This document shows, one piece after another, positions 23,128 to 36,696 of a DNA stretch of 64,000 bases; position 1 is the first letter of the stretch; every line of letters starts with the position of its first letter. The position numbers and the translations under genes were made by a program. Source of the stretch: Haliotis rubra (lineage: Eukaryota); NCBI RefSeq assembly GCF_003918875.1, contig NW_025767635.1:62001-126000 (forward strand), read 5' to 3'. The notes below the pieces were generated by a model. It had not been told where the DNA came from and did not search any database. It saw only the letters and a program-made list of their open reading frames with translations.

Positions 23128-23381
23128 GGGACCTTTCACAATTTATAGCTAGGGGGTGATGACGATTTTTTATGGAGAAGCATGAACAATGTGACTTGAC
23201 ACCACCTCCCCCCCCCCCTCACTAAACTTTATGTACAAAGTAGGTGACCCGCCTGCATGTCATGTACAGAATCAATGACCCCCCTCTTCCCATAATTTTT
23301 AATCATACCTTTTATTTATATTTTTATGTACAAAATTGCTGTCACCCTTAGTACATGTGTACAAAAGTACTGACACCCCTC
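23128..23381 (-). mobile_element. Truncated second copy of the 2782-3103 Harbinger MITE
   Basis: TAA|GGGACCTTTCACAATTTATAGCTAGGGGG, then TTTTTATGGAGAAGCATG and ATCAATGACCCCC, matching the reverse complement of the first copy; far TIR missing. Confidence 0.75.
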
Positions 23382-23672
23382 AGTTTGGACAACGTTTGGA
23401 TAAACATTTGGTAGCGAAGCCTAATTACCCAGCAGGCATGATGTTTGTATCCAGAATGACGTCATTAAGATGCTGATCACTGTTACTAATCTCCTGACAG
23501 ACACACTGACTGAGTAATCCTAAACCAACTGTGCCATGAGGCCAATTGTCATTTTATACTGTGTATAGTTATGGCTTCACCCATGTACTGACATGGCACA
23601 TAGTAGAAAACACACTGGTGTATACCACAGGCCATCCACTCCATGTTGTAGGCTCTCCTCAGGATAAATATA

Positions 23673-23831
23673 CTGAGGGGAAAAAAATAAGGGATCACAT
23701 GAAAGCACAAGTGTTCCTTCATTTGTTTCCAGGTTCCTGCACAAGCTATGCAATACAATGCTTCTGAAGAAACCTGGGAAAAATAAAGGAACACTTGTGC
23801 TTTCATATGATCCCTTATTTTTTCCCCTCAG
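23673..23831. mobile_element. Tc1/mariner-type fold-back MITE
   Basis: ~60-bp TIRs CTGAGGGGAAAAAAATAAGGGATCACATGAAAGCACAAGTGTTCCTT..., TA on both sides. Confidence 0.85.
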
Positions 23832-23859
23832 TATATAGTAATAGAATAACTGTAGATGA

Positions 23860-26420
23860 AACATTGTCATACTGGGTGGAGGGCTAACATTGTCATATTT
23901 GGATGGAGGGCCAACATTGTAATTTTGGGTGGAGGGCTAACATTGTCATATTGGGTGGAGGGCTAACATTGTCATATTGGATGGAGGGCTAACATTGTCA
24001 TATTGGGTGGAGGGCTAACATTGTCATATTGGGTGGAGGAGTAACATTGTCATATTTCGGTGGAGGGCTAACATTGCCATACTGGGTGGAGGGGTAACAT
24101 TGTCATATTGGGTGGAGGGCTACATTGTCACATTAGGTGGAGGGGTAACATTGTATTGGGTGGAGGGGTAACATTGTCATATTGGGTGGAGGCTAACATT
24201 GTCATATTGGGTGGAGGGGCTAACATTGTCATATTGGATTGAGGGTAACATTGTCATATTGGGTGGAGGGCTAACATTGTCATATTTGGGTGGAGGGCTA
24301 ACATTGTCATATTGGGTGGAGGGTAACATTGTCATATTTGGGTGGAGGGGTAACATTGTCATATTGGGTGGAGGGCTAACATTGTCATATTTGGGTGGAG
24401 GGCTAACATTGTCATATTGGGTGGAGGGTAACATTGTCATATTTGGGTGGAGGGCTAACATTGTCATATTGGGTGGAGGGCTAACATTGTCATATTGGGT
24501 GGAGGGCAAACATTGTCATATTTGGGTGGAGGGCTAACATTGTCATATTTGGGTGGAGGGTAACATTGTCATATTGGGTGGAGGGGCAAACATTGTCATA
24601 TTTGGGTGGAGGGGCTAACATTGTCATATTGGGTGGAGGGGTAACATTGTCATATTGGGTGGAGGGCTAACATTGTCATATTGGGTGGAGGGCTAACATT
24701 GTCATATTGGGTGGAGGGGTAACATTGTCATATTGGGTGGAGGGGTAACATTGTCATATTGGGTGGAGGGGTAACATTGTCATATTGGGTGGAGGGCTAA
24801 CATTGTCATATTTGGGTGGAGGTAACACATTGTCATATTGGGTGGAGGGGTAACATTGTCATATTGGGTGGAGGGGTAACATTGTCATATTGGGTGGAGG
24901 GGTAACATTGTCATATTGGGTGGAGGGCTAACATTGTCATATTGGGTGGAGGGGTAACATTGTCATATTGGGTGGAGGGGTAACATTGTCATATTGGATG
25001 GAGGGTAACATTGTCATACATTTGGGTGGAGGGGTAACATTGTCATATTGGGTGGAGGGGTAACATTGTCATATTGGGTGGAGGGGTAACATTGTCATAT
25101 TTGGGTGGAGGGGTAACATTGTCATATTGGGTGGAGGGGTAACATTGTCATATTGGGTGGAGGGGCTAACATTGTCATATTTGGGTGGAGGGGTAACATT
25201 GTCATATTGGGTGGAGGGTAACATTGTCATATTGGGTGGAGGGTAACATTGTCATATTGGGTGGAGGGTAACATTGTCATATTGGGTGGAGGGGTAACAT
25301 TGTCATATTTGGGTGGAGGGCTAACATTGTCATATTAGGGTGGAGGGTAACATTGTCATATTGGGTGGAGGGCAAACATTGTCATATTGGGTGGAGGGCT
25401 AACATTGTCATATTGGGTGGAGGGTAACATTGTCATATTGGATGGAGGGTAACATTGTCATATTTGGGTGGAGGGCTAACATTGTCATATTGGGTGGAGG
25501 GAGTAACATTGTCATATTGGGTGGAGGCTAACATTGTCATAGGTGGAGGGTAACATTGTCATATTGGGTGGAGGGGTAACATTGTCACATTGGGTGGAGG
25601 GGTAACATTGTCATATTGGGTGGAGGGCTAACATTGTCATATGGGTGGAGGGCTAACATTGTCATATTTGGGTGGAGGGGTAACATTGTCATATTGGGTG
25701 GAGGGCTAACATTGTCATATTTGGGTGGAGGGGTAACATTGTCATATTGGGTGGAGGGGTAACATTGTCATATTTGGGTGGAGGGGTAACATTGTCATAT
25801 TGGGTGGAGGGGTAACATTGTCATATTGGGTGGAGGGGTAACATTGTCATATTGGGTAACATTGTCATATTGGGTGGAGGGTAACATTTGTCATATTGGG
25901 TGGAGGGCTAACATTGTCATATTGGGTGGAGGGGTAACATTGTCATATTTGGGTGGAGGGCTAACATTGTCATATTGATTGGGGGTAATCGCCGTGGTGG
26001 GGGTAACATCATATTGGGTGGAGGGCTAACATTATCATATTGGGTGGAGGGGTAACATTGTCATATTGGGTGGAGGGCTAACATTGTCATATTGGGTGGA
26101 GGTAACATTGTCATGTCATATTGGGTGGAGGGGTAACATTGTCATATTGGGTGGAGGGGTAACATTGTCATATTGGGTGGAGGGCTAACATTGTCATGGT
26201 ATTTGGGTGGAGGGGTAACATTGTCATATTGGGTGGAGGGGTAACATTGTCATATTTGGGTGGAGGGCTAACATTGTCATATTGGGTGGAGGGGTAACAT
26301 TGTCATATTGGATGGAGGGGTAACATTGTCATATTGGGTGGAGGGGTAACATTGTCATATTGGGTGGAGGGCTAACATTGTTATATTGGGTGGAGGAGTA
26401 ACATTGTCATATTGGGTGGA
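23860..26420. repeat. 26-bp G-rich minisatellite (AACATTGTCATATTGGGTGGAGGG[C/G]T)n
   Basis: About 2.5 kb of direct tandem units with indel variation in the G and T runs. Confidence 0.97.
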
Positions 26421-26563
26421 GTGTCATAGCATTCGGAATCTTTCAAGTTCAAATGTTTTCGAGGTAAAATTTCAGATGGTATGTGCGAATGTTAACTTTT
26501 GCGATTTAGTAAGCGGTGTTCTGTTTGGTCAGTTCAAAAGGTTAGATGACGCGACCATCTAGT

Positions 26564-27086
26564 CATCCTCGTTAATCTCCAGGGTATACGCTACGATCAC
26601 TCTCCACTATACCCTGGATGCATCCATGGCTTAGGGCGATGATTTTATTACCTCCCTTGGCAGGCTTTTTATCCAATCAGGTGCCTACGCTTGGAAGTTG
26701 AGCGTACCACTCACAACTCACTTTCGCTTCTTAAATTATCTAACCGTTTAAACTTAGCAACACAATTGATGCAGAGGTACTCTGTAAGAAGTAGAAGGAG
26801 TTCTTTCATATATTTGTTTAAATTTCAGATCTGTGAATTTGTCTTTATTATTTCCCAAAAATCTGAGTGGCACTGCGAACAAACCTTCGGGACTGCGACT
26901 GCGACCGCGACCGCTATCTTTGTTGACACTGGCAAGCTTGGTTGTAACGGCAGCTTAACTGATTGGCTACTGTGAGAATGCGGAGCCAGCCAAGGGAGGT
27001 AATAAAACCATCGCCCCTAGCCATGGATGCATCCAGGGTATAGTGGAGAGTTATCGAAACGTATACCCTGGAGATTATCGAGGATA
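26564..27086. mobile_element. Non-autonomous DNA transposon with ~100-bp TIRs
   Basis: ATCCTCGTTAATCTCCAGGGTATACG...CCTCCCTTGGC is mirrored at ~26987-27085; possible decayed 9-bp TSD CCATCTAGT/CCTTCTACT (MULE-like, tentative). Confidence 0.8.
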
Positions 27087-28443
27087 CCTTCTACTAGGGT
27101 TTGTCAGTATAGCAGTGTAACAAATAATACTGAGCCTAAGTTAACTGGTGTCATAGTGTATGTCAACAGTATTTGTGATTTATATATGTGCTAGACAGGC
27201 AAAGTTTTTATTAAAACACTTATTGTTATTCATACTCAACAGGCAGTGTGACCAATGTGTCCTAATTTATTCATATCAACATAAAAGTGGTAATATAAAT
27301 CTTTGGATTTGTCCCCAAACTTAATGCTAAGATTCACTAACCTGTTGTTAGACAGCAGATACCTTGAGAACTGTATAGCTGCTGCAGTCAATGGATTGCC
27401 TGAGTAGGTACCAAATGGAATCTGTTGACTCTTATAAGACAAGAGGGAGATAACAAGCTCTTGAGTAGCACAATCAATCTGAGAGCAGTGGCTTCAGTAT
27501 GCTCACAGCGTTATACTTGTGTATTACGAAATGGATTGTTAGGATAAAGGACACAACAATGCCTCATGCTTAAGAACTTGTTGTGAGAAGTAAAAAAATT
27601 GAATCATAATTAGGCAATATTTGTTTACTGATGGTCTAGAAGGGTAAAAATTCTATGTTTAGCTTCTGCTAACAAACAAAGACTGAAGAGCAGTGATTGT
27701 AACACAATTCATTCCTGAATACATCATTACATGAAATGAGGATCTTGGCCATGAAAGCACATTGTTGTACACCAAGATATGTAAAGCAAGGCCTCTGCTC
27801 CTAGCTTGTCGTTGGCCAAATATCCCCATACTGGATGCACACAATCCATGTCAGCCTCGCAAGTCGGGCAAGTCTGGAATACTGCAAGATGTCACTGGGC
27901 TTCTTTTCATTATACACTTATATTACCTTTATTTCAGAGGCCACATGTACCTCTACCCTCGGACTTGAGACTCTTTTTGGTTGTGTGTTCCACATTCAAG
28001 TGTTGTTATAACCCCGCTGTTGTTAGCGAGGGTATATATAGTTCATTCTGTCCGTCCGTGTCCATTTCTCTCTAAAGTTTACATGCGTCACCAAACTTCA
28101 CACACATGTTAATCAAACTTTGTGCCTTTTGAGCATTTCTCTTTGCCAAAAGTTTACATCTCAAAGTTTAGCTAGGTTCACCAAACTTAACACACATGTT
28201 AATCATGACCCATTGATGTGTCTTTTGCTATTTTAATTTTTTTCAGAATTTGTTTTTGCTGTTTCCATGGAAACACGACTTAGTGCCAAATGTGTTTGGT
28301 GGTTTTTCGAGCATGTCTCTTAAAGATTACATAGGTGTAACTTCACACACATGTTAATCATTACCCATTGATGTGCCTTTGCTATTTTAATTTTTTTTTC
28401 CCGGAATTGTGCCAAATGTGTTTGATGGTTTTGTCGGAGCATA

Positions 28444-30797
28444 CTGTAAATGTACTTATTTTGCCTGGTGCAATTTCAGCGGAATTGACAGTTTAGACTA
28501 CCAGCTGTCAATTATTCGTTCAGTAATTGCGGAAGTGCCAGCTGTCTCCACTAATAGCAGTGAAAACAAACAGAGTGGCTTAACCTGTCAGGCGGCGTTT
28601 ATTGCTTACTCACAGGAAATCCCTATCTGTGCGATATACTAGTACACAGTAATCCGTTTACTCGCGGAAGTATTAAGTGCTTAGGAAGTGAGATATCGTG
28701 ATGCAAGTACTAGTATATAAAGAGATGAAAACACATCAGTCTTATGTTCCGAATTCTGACGATCTGACGATGGCATTGCGAATGTGGTTAAAGAAAGCAC
28801 CTACCCCCAAGACACCTGGACTTCCAGATCCAAATGACTGTAAAGATGACACTGAGGTCGAAGTTGTAATCGCTGCAAATGCTGCAGTAGATCTACTCCA
28901 GGAAGAAATGGCGACAAGTGACCGCCACGCATTGACCCATCATTCGTAAAAGGAAGCGTGGGGAATACCGTGAATTATGATGCAGAAGTATGGGTGAAAA
29001 TTGCTGTGTATGCGATTGAACATGGTGTTATGAAGGCAGCCCGTAAGTACTCTTGTGAACTGAAGAAGAAAGTCAACGAATCTACTGTCTGTAGTATGAA
29101 AGCAAGTTTCTTGAAACAGCAAAGTACAAGTAAAACGGCAGAATCTCCACGCCGATTGGTTAAGGCTGTCCGAGGTCAGAGGCCAAAGCTGGGTCAATCT
29201 GAAGGCGAGATTAAGAACTGGGTGAAAAAAACAAGATTGTCTGGTGGTGCTGTCAACACAAGAATATTGCTTGCAGCAACTGATGGAATCATGCGGCGCC
29301 ACAAATCTGTGTTGAAAGAATTTGATGGACATGTTGAGTTGACTGATTCCTGGGCTAGATCGCTTTTAAGGAGGAATGGAGTTTGTTAAGCGCCAAAGGG
29401 AACTAAAGGTGTGAAGAAGCTGCCGTCTGATTTTGCCGATCATCAAGACAGAGTTCCTGAATCGAGTACAGAGTGTCATCGACCAGAATGTCGTCCCGAT
29501 AAACTAGTCATCAACTGGGACCAGACTGGCCTCTCTCTCCTTCCTGGTGGTGACTGGACAATGGAAGAACGGGACCCGAAACAAGTGACCATCTCAGGCA
29601 TGGATGATAAGCGACAGATCACAGGTCTACTTTCAATGACAAAGTCCGGTGATTTGCTGCCCCCTCAGCTGATCTACGCTGGAAAATCAGACCGATGTCA
29701 TCCATCCATCAACTTTCCTGCTGACTGGGACATCACACATACAGAATCACATTGGAGTACCGAGGAATCCATGCTCAGATTTGTGGAGAAAGTCATCGAC
29801 CCCTACGTTGTAGCAACACGTAACGAACTGGGATTAGATCCCGACCACAAGGCATTATGCATCTTTGATGTCTATAGAGCTCATCGTACAGATAGTTTGC
29901 GTGAACTCCTACAAGAGAAGAACATTTGTTTCCTGTATGTCCCAGCCGCCTGTACTGACAAGCTGCAACCACTTGACCTGGCTCTCAACAAGAACTTTAA
30001 GGGCGAAATCAAACAGTGCTTCCACGAGTGGTATTCCAGTGAGGTTGTGCGACAACTGGACGGACGAGCAAGAGGAAATGATGATGCAGTGTCTGCAATC
30101 TCAGTTGACACCAGGACCAGCGTCATTAAGCCCCTTCATGGGCAATGGATAATCAAGGCCTTTGACACCATGTCAAAGAGGAAGGACCTCATCCAGAGCG
30201 GTTTCAAACAAGCCGGGTTGTTGTGAATGAGATGATTGAGTGTTAATTGACTATCAAGGAAATTAACTTCTACTGTATATGAAGCTCTTTGTGATTTCAA
30301 ACAAGCCGGGTTGTTGTGAATGAGATGATCGAGTGTTAAGTGACTATTCGCTTCATGATGTACTGGTAAATAAAATCTTAATGAATAAATAAAATACTGC
30401 TGTATTATTTCTTTCCGAGTCGTTTCATGGTAATCTGTTTTGTATCAAACCATCTGTCACTCACGATTGGTGAAATAGAACATGTGACCAATTTCCATGG
30501 CGCCACAACACACATTGCTGTTTTAAGCTAATTCGACAATGGGATTTGGCTCATTATTTAATTATGTTTTGGAAATCCATTACAGCGACAGTTAAGTATG
30601 ATTCTTTATGCTACTATCAGTCGTCATTTTAAGATTCCCGTAGATTTCTGTCTTCAAACTTGATGTGTTATGGTAACAACTCAGGGGCGAGCGTGGCTAG
30701 ACTGAATGAATGACAGGTTTATTCGCGGTGTATAAATTTTCGCGCTAAAATGTTTTGCGCGAAAATAAAACCTGCGCGAAATATAATACGTTTACAG
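28444..30797 (+). mobile_element. pogo-superfamily DNA transposon (~2.35 kb)
   Basis: TA|CTGTAAATGTA ... TACGTTTACAG|TA ends; removing it restores the HINE core GAGCATATCTCTTAAAG. Confidence 0.88.
28770..30226 (+). pseudogene. pogo DD35D transposase, frameshifted
   Basis: Basic RKRKRG motif; HTH regions (YAIEHGVMKAARKY; LTDSWARSLLRR); DDE_1 motifs INWDQTG, IFDVYRAH and LQPLDL (35 residues between D2 and D3); split across ORFs 28698-28949, 28958-29389 and 29411-30226. Confidence 0.9.
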
Positions 30798-31530
30798 TAT
30801 CTCTTAAAGTTTACATGCTAGGTTCACCAAACTTCACACACATGTTAATCATTACCCATTGATGTGCCTTTTGCTATTTTTTTTTTTTTTCAGAATTGTT
30901 TTGTTGTTGTTTCCATGGAAACATGACTTGGTGCACAATGTGTTTGATGGCTACCTGGCCACAGCATATCATCGAAACTATACATGCTAGGTTCACCAAA
31001 CTTAATACACAAGTTAATCATGACCCACAGATATGCCATGTGCTAAAAAATAACAATCTTCATCTACGTCCACTTCATTGTGTGCAATAAGTTCAATTGT
31101 ATGTCAGGTTTCCTCGGAAAACACAAAACAGTAATGTTTCCATAAATTATTACTGTAATCAGTACATGGCAAAACAATTATCTAACATGTATATAAAGTT
31201 TAGTAGAGTCTAAGAGAAAGTCTTGTGAGCTGCTGATCCTTGTCACATTGTATATATCAATATCAGTCATTTCCATGCCCCAAAGTGGGAAGCGGGGGTA
31301 TGTGAGCTGTGCTCACTTCTACACTTGTTATGTTTGTGTGTTGTGATATCAGATACATGTTCTGAAGCTGGATCCATCATTCCTGTGTTCTCTGTGACCT
31401 ACCTGTTGGGCTGCCAGACATTCTTCTCTACCGCCTAAACACAAGCAGGAGCTAATCAGCCAGTGGTGTTGACAGGAGAAGTACCTCACTTCACTGTACT
31501 CAGTGGTGTGGTGATGTGTTGGAGGAGCTG

Positions 31531-32260
31531 AACTAGCTATACTGAGATGACACTGTAACTAACTAGCTTCTGAGATGACACTGTAACTAACTAGCTATAC
31601 TGAGATGACACTGTAACTAACTAGCTATACAGAGATGACACTGTAACTAACTAGCTATACTGAGATGACACAGTAACTAACTAGCTATACAGAGATGACA
31701 CTGTAACTAACTAGCTATACTGAGATGACATGACACTGTAACTAACTAGCTATACTGAGATGACACTGTAACTAACTAGCTATACTGAGATGACACTGTA
31801 ACTAACTAGCTATACAGAGATGACACTGTAACTAACTAGCTATACTGAGATGACACAGTAACTAACTAGCTATACTGAGATGCTATACTGAGATACTGTA
31901 ACTAACTAGCTATAGCTATACTGAGATGACACTGTAACTAACTAGCTATACTGAGGTGACACTGTAACTAACTAGCTATACAGAGATGACACTGTAACTA
32001 ACTAGCTATACTGAGATGACACTGTAACTAACTAGCTATACTGAGATGATACTGTAACTAACTAGCTATACTGAGATGACACTGTAACTAACTAGCTATA
32101 CTGAGATGACACAGTAACTAACTAGCTATACTGAGGTGATACTGTAACTAACTAGCTATACTGAGATGACACAGTAACTAACTAGCTATACTGAGGTGAT
32201 ACTGTAACTAACTAGCTATACTGACCATGAAGCTGTAACTAACCAGCTATACTGAGATGA
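31531..32260. repeat. 30-bp minisatellite (AACTAGCTATACTGAGATGACACTGTAACT)n
   Basis: Direct tandem units. Confidence 0.96.
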
Positions 32261-35200
32261 CATGACCATCAGGCCTACAGCCATACTGACCATCAGGCCT
32301 AACAGCCATGACACTGTAACCATCAGGCCTAAAGCCATACCTACCATCAGGCCTCCCATGATAGTTAGCCTCTAAAGCCTAAGGCCATACTGACCATCAG
32401 GCCCCCATGATAGTTAGCCTAGCAAGCCTCAAAGGCCATACTGACCATCGAGGCCTATACTAACTCCAGCTATACTGACCATCGGGCCTCCCATGATAAT
32501 TAGCCTCAAGCCTAAGGCCATACTGACCATCGGGCCTCCAGCTATACTGACCATCAGGCCCCCATGATAGTTAGCCTCAAGCCTAAGGCAATACTGACCA
32601 TCAGGCCTCCAGCTATACTGACCATCAAGCGCTACAGCCATACTGACCATTGGGCCTCCAGCCATACTGACCATCAGGCCTCCAGCCATACTGACCATTG
32701 GGCCTCCAGCCATACTGACCATCAGGCCTCCAGCCATACTGACCATCAGGCCTCCAGCCATACTGACCATTAGGCCTCCAGCCATACTGACCATCAGGCC
32801 TCCAGCCATACTGACCACTGACCGGGCCTCCAGCTATACTGACCATCGTGCCTCCAGCCATACAGACCATCAAGCGCTACACCCATACTGACCATCAAGC
32901 GCTACAGCCATACTGACCATCAGGCCTCCAGCCATACTGACCATCGGGCCTCCAGCCATACTGACCATCGGGCCTCCCTCCAGCCATACTGACCATCGGG
33001 CCTCCAGCCATACTGACCATCAGGCCTCCAGCCATACTGACCATCGGGCCTCCAGCCATACTGACCATTGGGCCTCCAGCCATACTGACCATTGGGCCTC
33101 CAGCCATACTGACCATCGGGCCTCCAGCCATACTGACCATTGGGCCTCCAGCCATACTGACCATCGGGCCTCCAGCCATACTGACCATCGGGCCTCCAGC
33201 CATACTGACCATCGGGCCTCCAGCCATACTGACCATCGGGCCTCCAGCCATACTGACCATCGGGCCTCCAGCCATACTGACCATCAGGCCTCCAGCCATA
33301 CTGACCATCAGGCCTCCAGCCATACTGACCAGGCCTCCGGGCCTCCAGCCATACTGACCATCGGGCCTCCAGCCATACAGACCATCAAGCTCCAGCCATA
33401 CTGACCATCGACCATCGGGCCTCCAGCCATGCTGACCATCGGCCTCCAGCCATACTGACCATCGGGCCTCCAGCCATACTGACCATCGGGCCTCCAGCCA
33501 TACTGACCATTGGGCCTCCAGCCATACTGACCATCAAGCGCTACAGCCATACTGACCATCGGGCCTCCAGCCATACTGACCATCGGGCCTCCAGCCATAC
33601 TGACCATTGGGCCTCCAGCCATACTGACCATCAGGCCTCCAGCCATACTGACCATCAGGCCTCCAGCCATACTGACCATCAGGCCTCCAGCCATACTGAC
33701 CATTGGGCCTACAGCCATACTGACCATTGGGCCTCCAGCCATACTGACCATCAGGCCTCCAGCCATACTGACCATCGGGCCTCCAGCCATACAGACCATC
33801 AAGCGCTACAGCCATACTGACCATCAAGCCTACAGCCATACTGACCATCAGGCCTCCAGCCATACTGACCATCAGGCCTCCAGCCATACTGACCATTGGG
33901 CCTCCAGCCATACTGACCATTGGGCCTCCAGCCATACTGACCATCAAGCGCTCCAGCCATACTGACCATCAGGCCTCCAGCCATACTGACCATCGGGCCT
34001 CCAGCCATACTGACCATTGGGCCTCCAGCCATACTGACCATTGGGCCTCCAGCCATACTGACCATCAGGCCTACAGCCATACTGACCATCAGGCCTACAG
34101 CCATACTGACCATCAGGCCTCCAGCCATACTGACCATCAAGCGCTACAGCCATACTGACCATCAGGCCTCCAGCCATACTGACCATTGGGCCTCCAGCCA
34201 TACTGACCATCAGGCGCTCCAGCCATACTGACCATCAGGCCTCCAGCCATACTGACCATTGGGCCTCCAGCCATACTGACCATCAAGCGCTACAGCCATA
34301 CAGACCATGGGCCTCCAGCCATACTGACCATCAGGCCTCCAGCCATACTCAGGACCATTGGGCCTCCAGCCATACTGACCATCAGGCCTCCAGCCATACT
34401 GACCATCAGGCCTCCATGCCATACTGAGCCTCAGGCCACAGCCATACTGACCATCGGGCCTCCAGCCATACTGACCATCAGGCCTACAGCCATACTGACC
34501 ATCAGGCCTCCCATGATAGTTAACCTCAAGCCTAAGGCCATACTGACCATCGGGCCTCCAGCCATACTGACCATCAGGCCTACAGCCATACTCCAGGCCT
34601 CACCATCATTTGGCCTTCCAGCCATACTGACCATCTGGGCCTCCCATGATAGTTAACCTCAAGCCTAAAGCCATACTGACCATCGGGCCTCCAGCCATAC
34701 TGACCATCGGTCCTTCCATGATAGTTAACCTGAAGCCTAAGGCCATACTGACCATCGGGCCTCCAGCCATACTGACCATCAGGCCTACAGCCATACTGAC
34801 CATTGGGCCTCCAGCCATACTGACCATCAGGCCTCCAGCCATACTGACCATCAGGCCTACAGCCATACTGACCATTGGGCCTCCAGCCATACTGACCATC
34901 AGGCCTACAGCCATACTGACCATCAGGCCTCCAGCCATACTGACCATCAGGCCTCCCATGATAGTTAGCCTCAAGCCTAAGGCCATACTGACCATCATGC
35001 CTCCAGCCATACTGACCATCAGGCCTACAGCCATACTAACAAATTTGGGCTTCCAGCCATACTGACCATCGGGCCTCCCATGATAGTTAACCTCAAGCCT
35101 AAGGCCATACTGACCATCGGGCCTCCAGCCATACTGACCATCGGTCCTTCCATGATAGTTATCAAGCCTTAGGCCATACTGACCCTTGGCCATACTGACC

Positions 35201-35277
35201 ATAGTGCCTCCAGCCATGCTGACCATCAGGCCTACAGCCATACTGACCATTGGGCCTCCAGCCATACTGACCATCAG
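32261..35277. repeat. 24-bp minisatellite (CCAGCCATACTGACCATCAGGCCT)n with an interspersed longer variant
   Basis: Direct tandem units; variant insert CCCATGATAGTTARCCTCAAGCCTAAGG clustered at both array ends; explains the MVSMAGG and GQYGWRP ORFs. Confidence 0.97.
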
Positions 35278-35439
35278 GGCTGTATGAGAGCAATGTTGAT
35301 GTTGGCAACAGGTTCATGTGTAATGCAAGATCAGAACATATGTTTTATTAGATTTAAAAAGTTGATGATTTTGATATTCACAAATGAAAAAAGGCCCTCC
35401 TTTTTGCTGGAGTCATAGTATTAAAGCTGTAAAGGAGAC

Positions 35440-35580
35440 CGTTGGCTCGTCACATCGAAGACCCGGGTTCGATTCCCCACATGGGCACATTGTGTTAAGC
35501 CCATTTCTGGTGTCCCCCGCCGTGATATTGCTGGAATATTGCTAAAAGCTGCATAAAACTAAACTCAGTCAGTCAGTCAG
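35440..35580 (+). mobile_element. 5'-truncated SINE family B
   Basis: B box GGGTTCGATTCCC; tail AAAACTAAAC(TCAG)n; 12-bp TSD TGTAAAGGAGAC at 35428-35439 and 35581-35592. Confidence 0.9.
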
Positions 35581-36349
35581 TGTAAAGGAGACAGTGATGA
35601 AATAAAGCCTGATAGCTGTCACTAGCCAATGAGGGACATACTGGTGTTTACAGGTATGTATTCTCCAAGTTGTCGTCACCTGATGAACAGGTACAATGTT
35701 TTTACATTGCTGATACCTGCTACCTGTCTCACTATGTACTACTCAGACTTAGACAGGGTGATGCTTGTGTGGAGCTTGGCAGCAAGCTAATGTCAAGGGC
35801 TAGCACTGAGTGTGAGAGGCTCATGCTAGAACAGATGGCTGTGCAACTGGGAGCACACAGAGGGCAGTTGGACAACACCTTGTGGAAATGTCAGCTAATA
35901 CTCTACAGTCAATGGAATTCCCCTTGCCGTTGTGGTATATATCTGAATAAGCTTTGTATTGAGTGGCTTGTAGGTTTGATGCTTAACCGCATTGGAAGTC
36001 CTTCAGATGACATTTATCATACATGCACGAACTAGACCGGCTTGTGTATGAGCTCAGAGCTCCTCAACCTGCATGGTTGAAGAGATGAAAAGTGCCAAAG
36101 TTCATCTTTTATCGTGTATTCCACATTTCTTAGTTCAGATTTTACCATGTAAAACTGCTTTCATTAGGGATGACTTACTACATGTTTTTCCTTAACATTA
36201 TGGTACACTTAAAAGGGGTATACAGGTATTGTGGCACCATGTGAATGAACATGTATACCGGTATACCACTGTAGCATGTATTTAAGTACTGGGGTACTTA
36301 CAAGTAGTAGTCCACACTGATGTTTGCAGGTTCCCTATTGTCTAGCAAC

Positions 36350-36530
36350 ACACTATATAACAGCAGCCTGTACATAAACCAGTCTAGACCACTACCTGTT
36401 ATTTCATGGACCACTATCTTACATCATGAGCATTGATCAAATTAATTGGGATACAATGGCATGCATCAACCAAGTTAGTTGATTCCTTTCCTATCCTCTT
36501 ACGACAGACATTGTTTGCTGAGAACCAGTT
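36350..36530 (-). mobile_element. Degenerate family C retroposon copy
   Basis: CATGAGCATTGATC...AATTGGGATA...TCAACCAAGT...CCTCTTACGACA is the reverse complement of motifs in 20411-20510. Confidence 0.6.
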
Positions 36531-36696
36531 TTGACAGCACGACTAGCATTAGGGAGTAATTGTATACTTCTATGAGCCAATCTCTTAAATTTTTCAAATA
36601 GGAACTAATTGTTGGAAATATTTTTGTGGACTGTTTAATGGATGTTTAATGTGACTATGGAAGAGGTTCATTTTCACAAAAACACTTCCATCATGT

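Larger units (their letters stand above)
28006..31329 (+). mobile_element. Helentron-associated HINE interrupted by a pogo transposon
   Basis: 5' TTATAACCCCGCT subTIR with local inverted partner AGCGAGGGTATAT; GTCC microsatellite; ~160-bp core repeats (CACCAAACTTCACACACATGTTAATC) on both sides of the pogo; 3' AGCGGGGGTAT, hairpin GTGAGCTGTGCTCAC, then ACTTGTT. Confidence 0.78.

Noticed and set aside
32429-35274. GQYGWRPD / MVSMAGG repeat ORFs resembling shell-matrix or adhesive proteins
   Set aside because: Translations of a 24-bp minisatellite with frequent frame-breaking indels; no signal peptide or splice structure.
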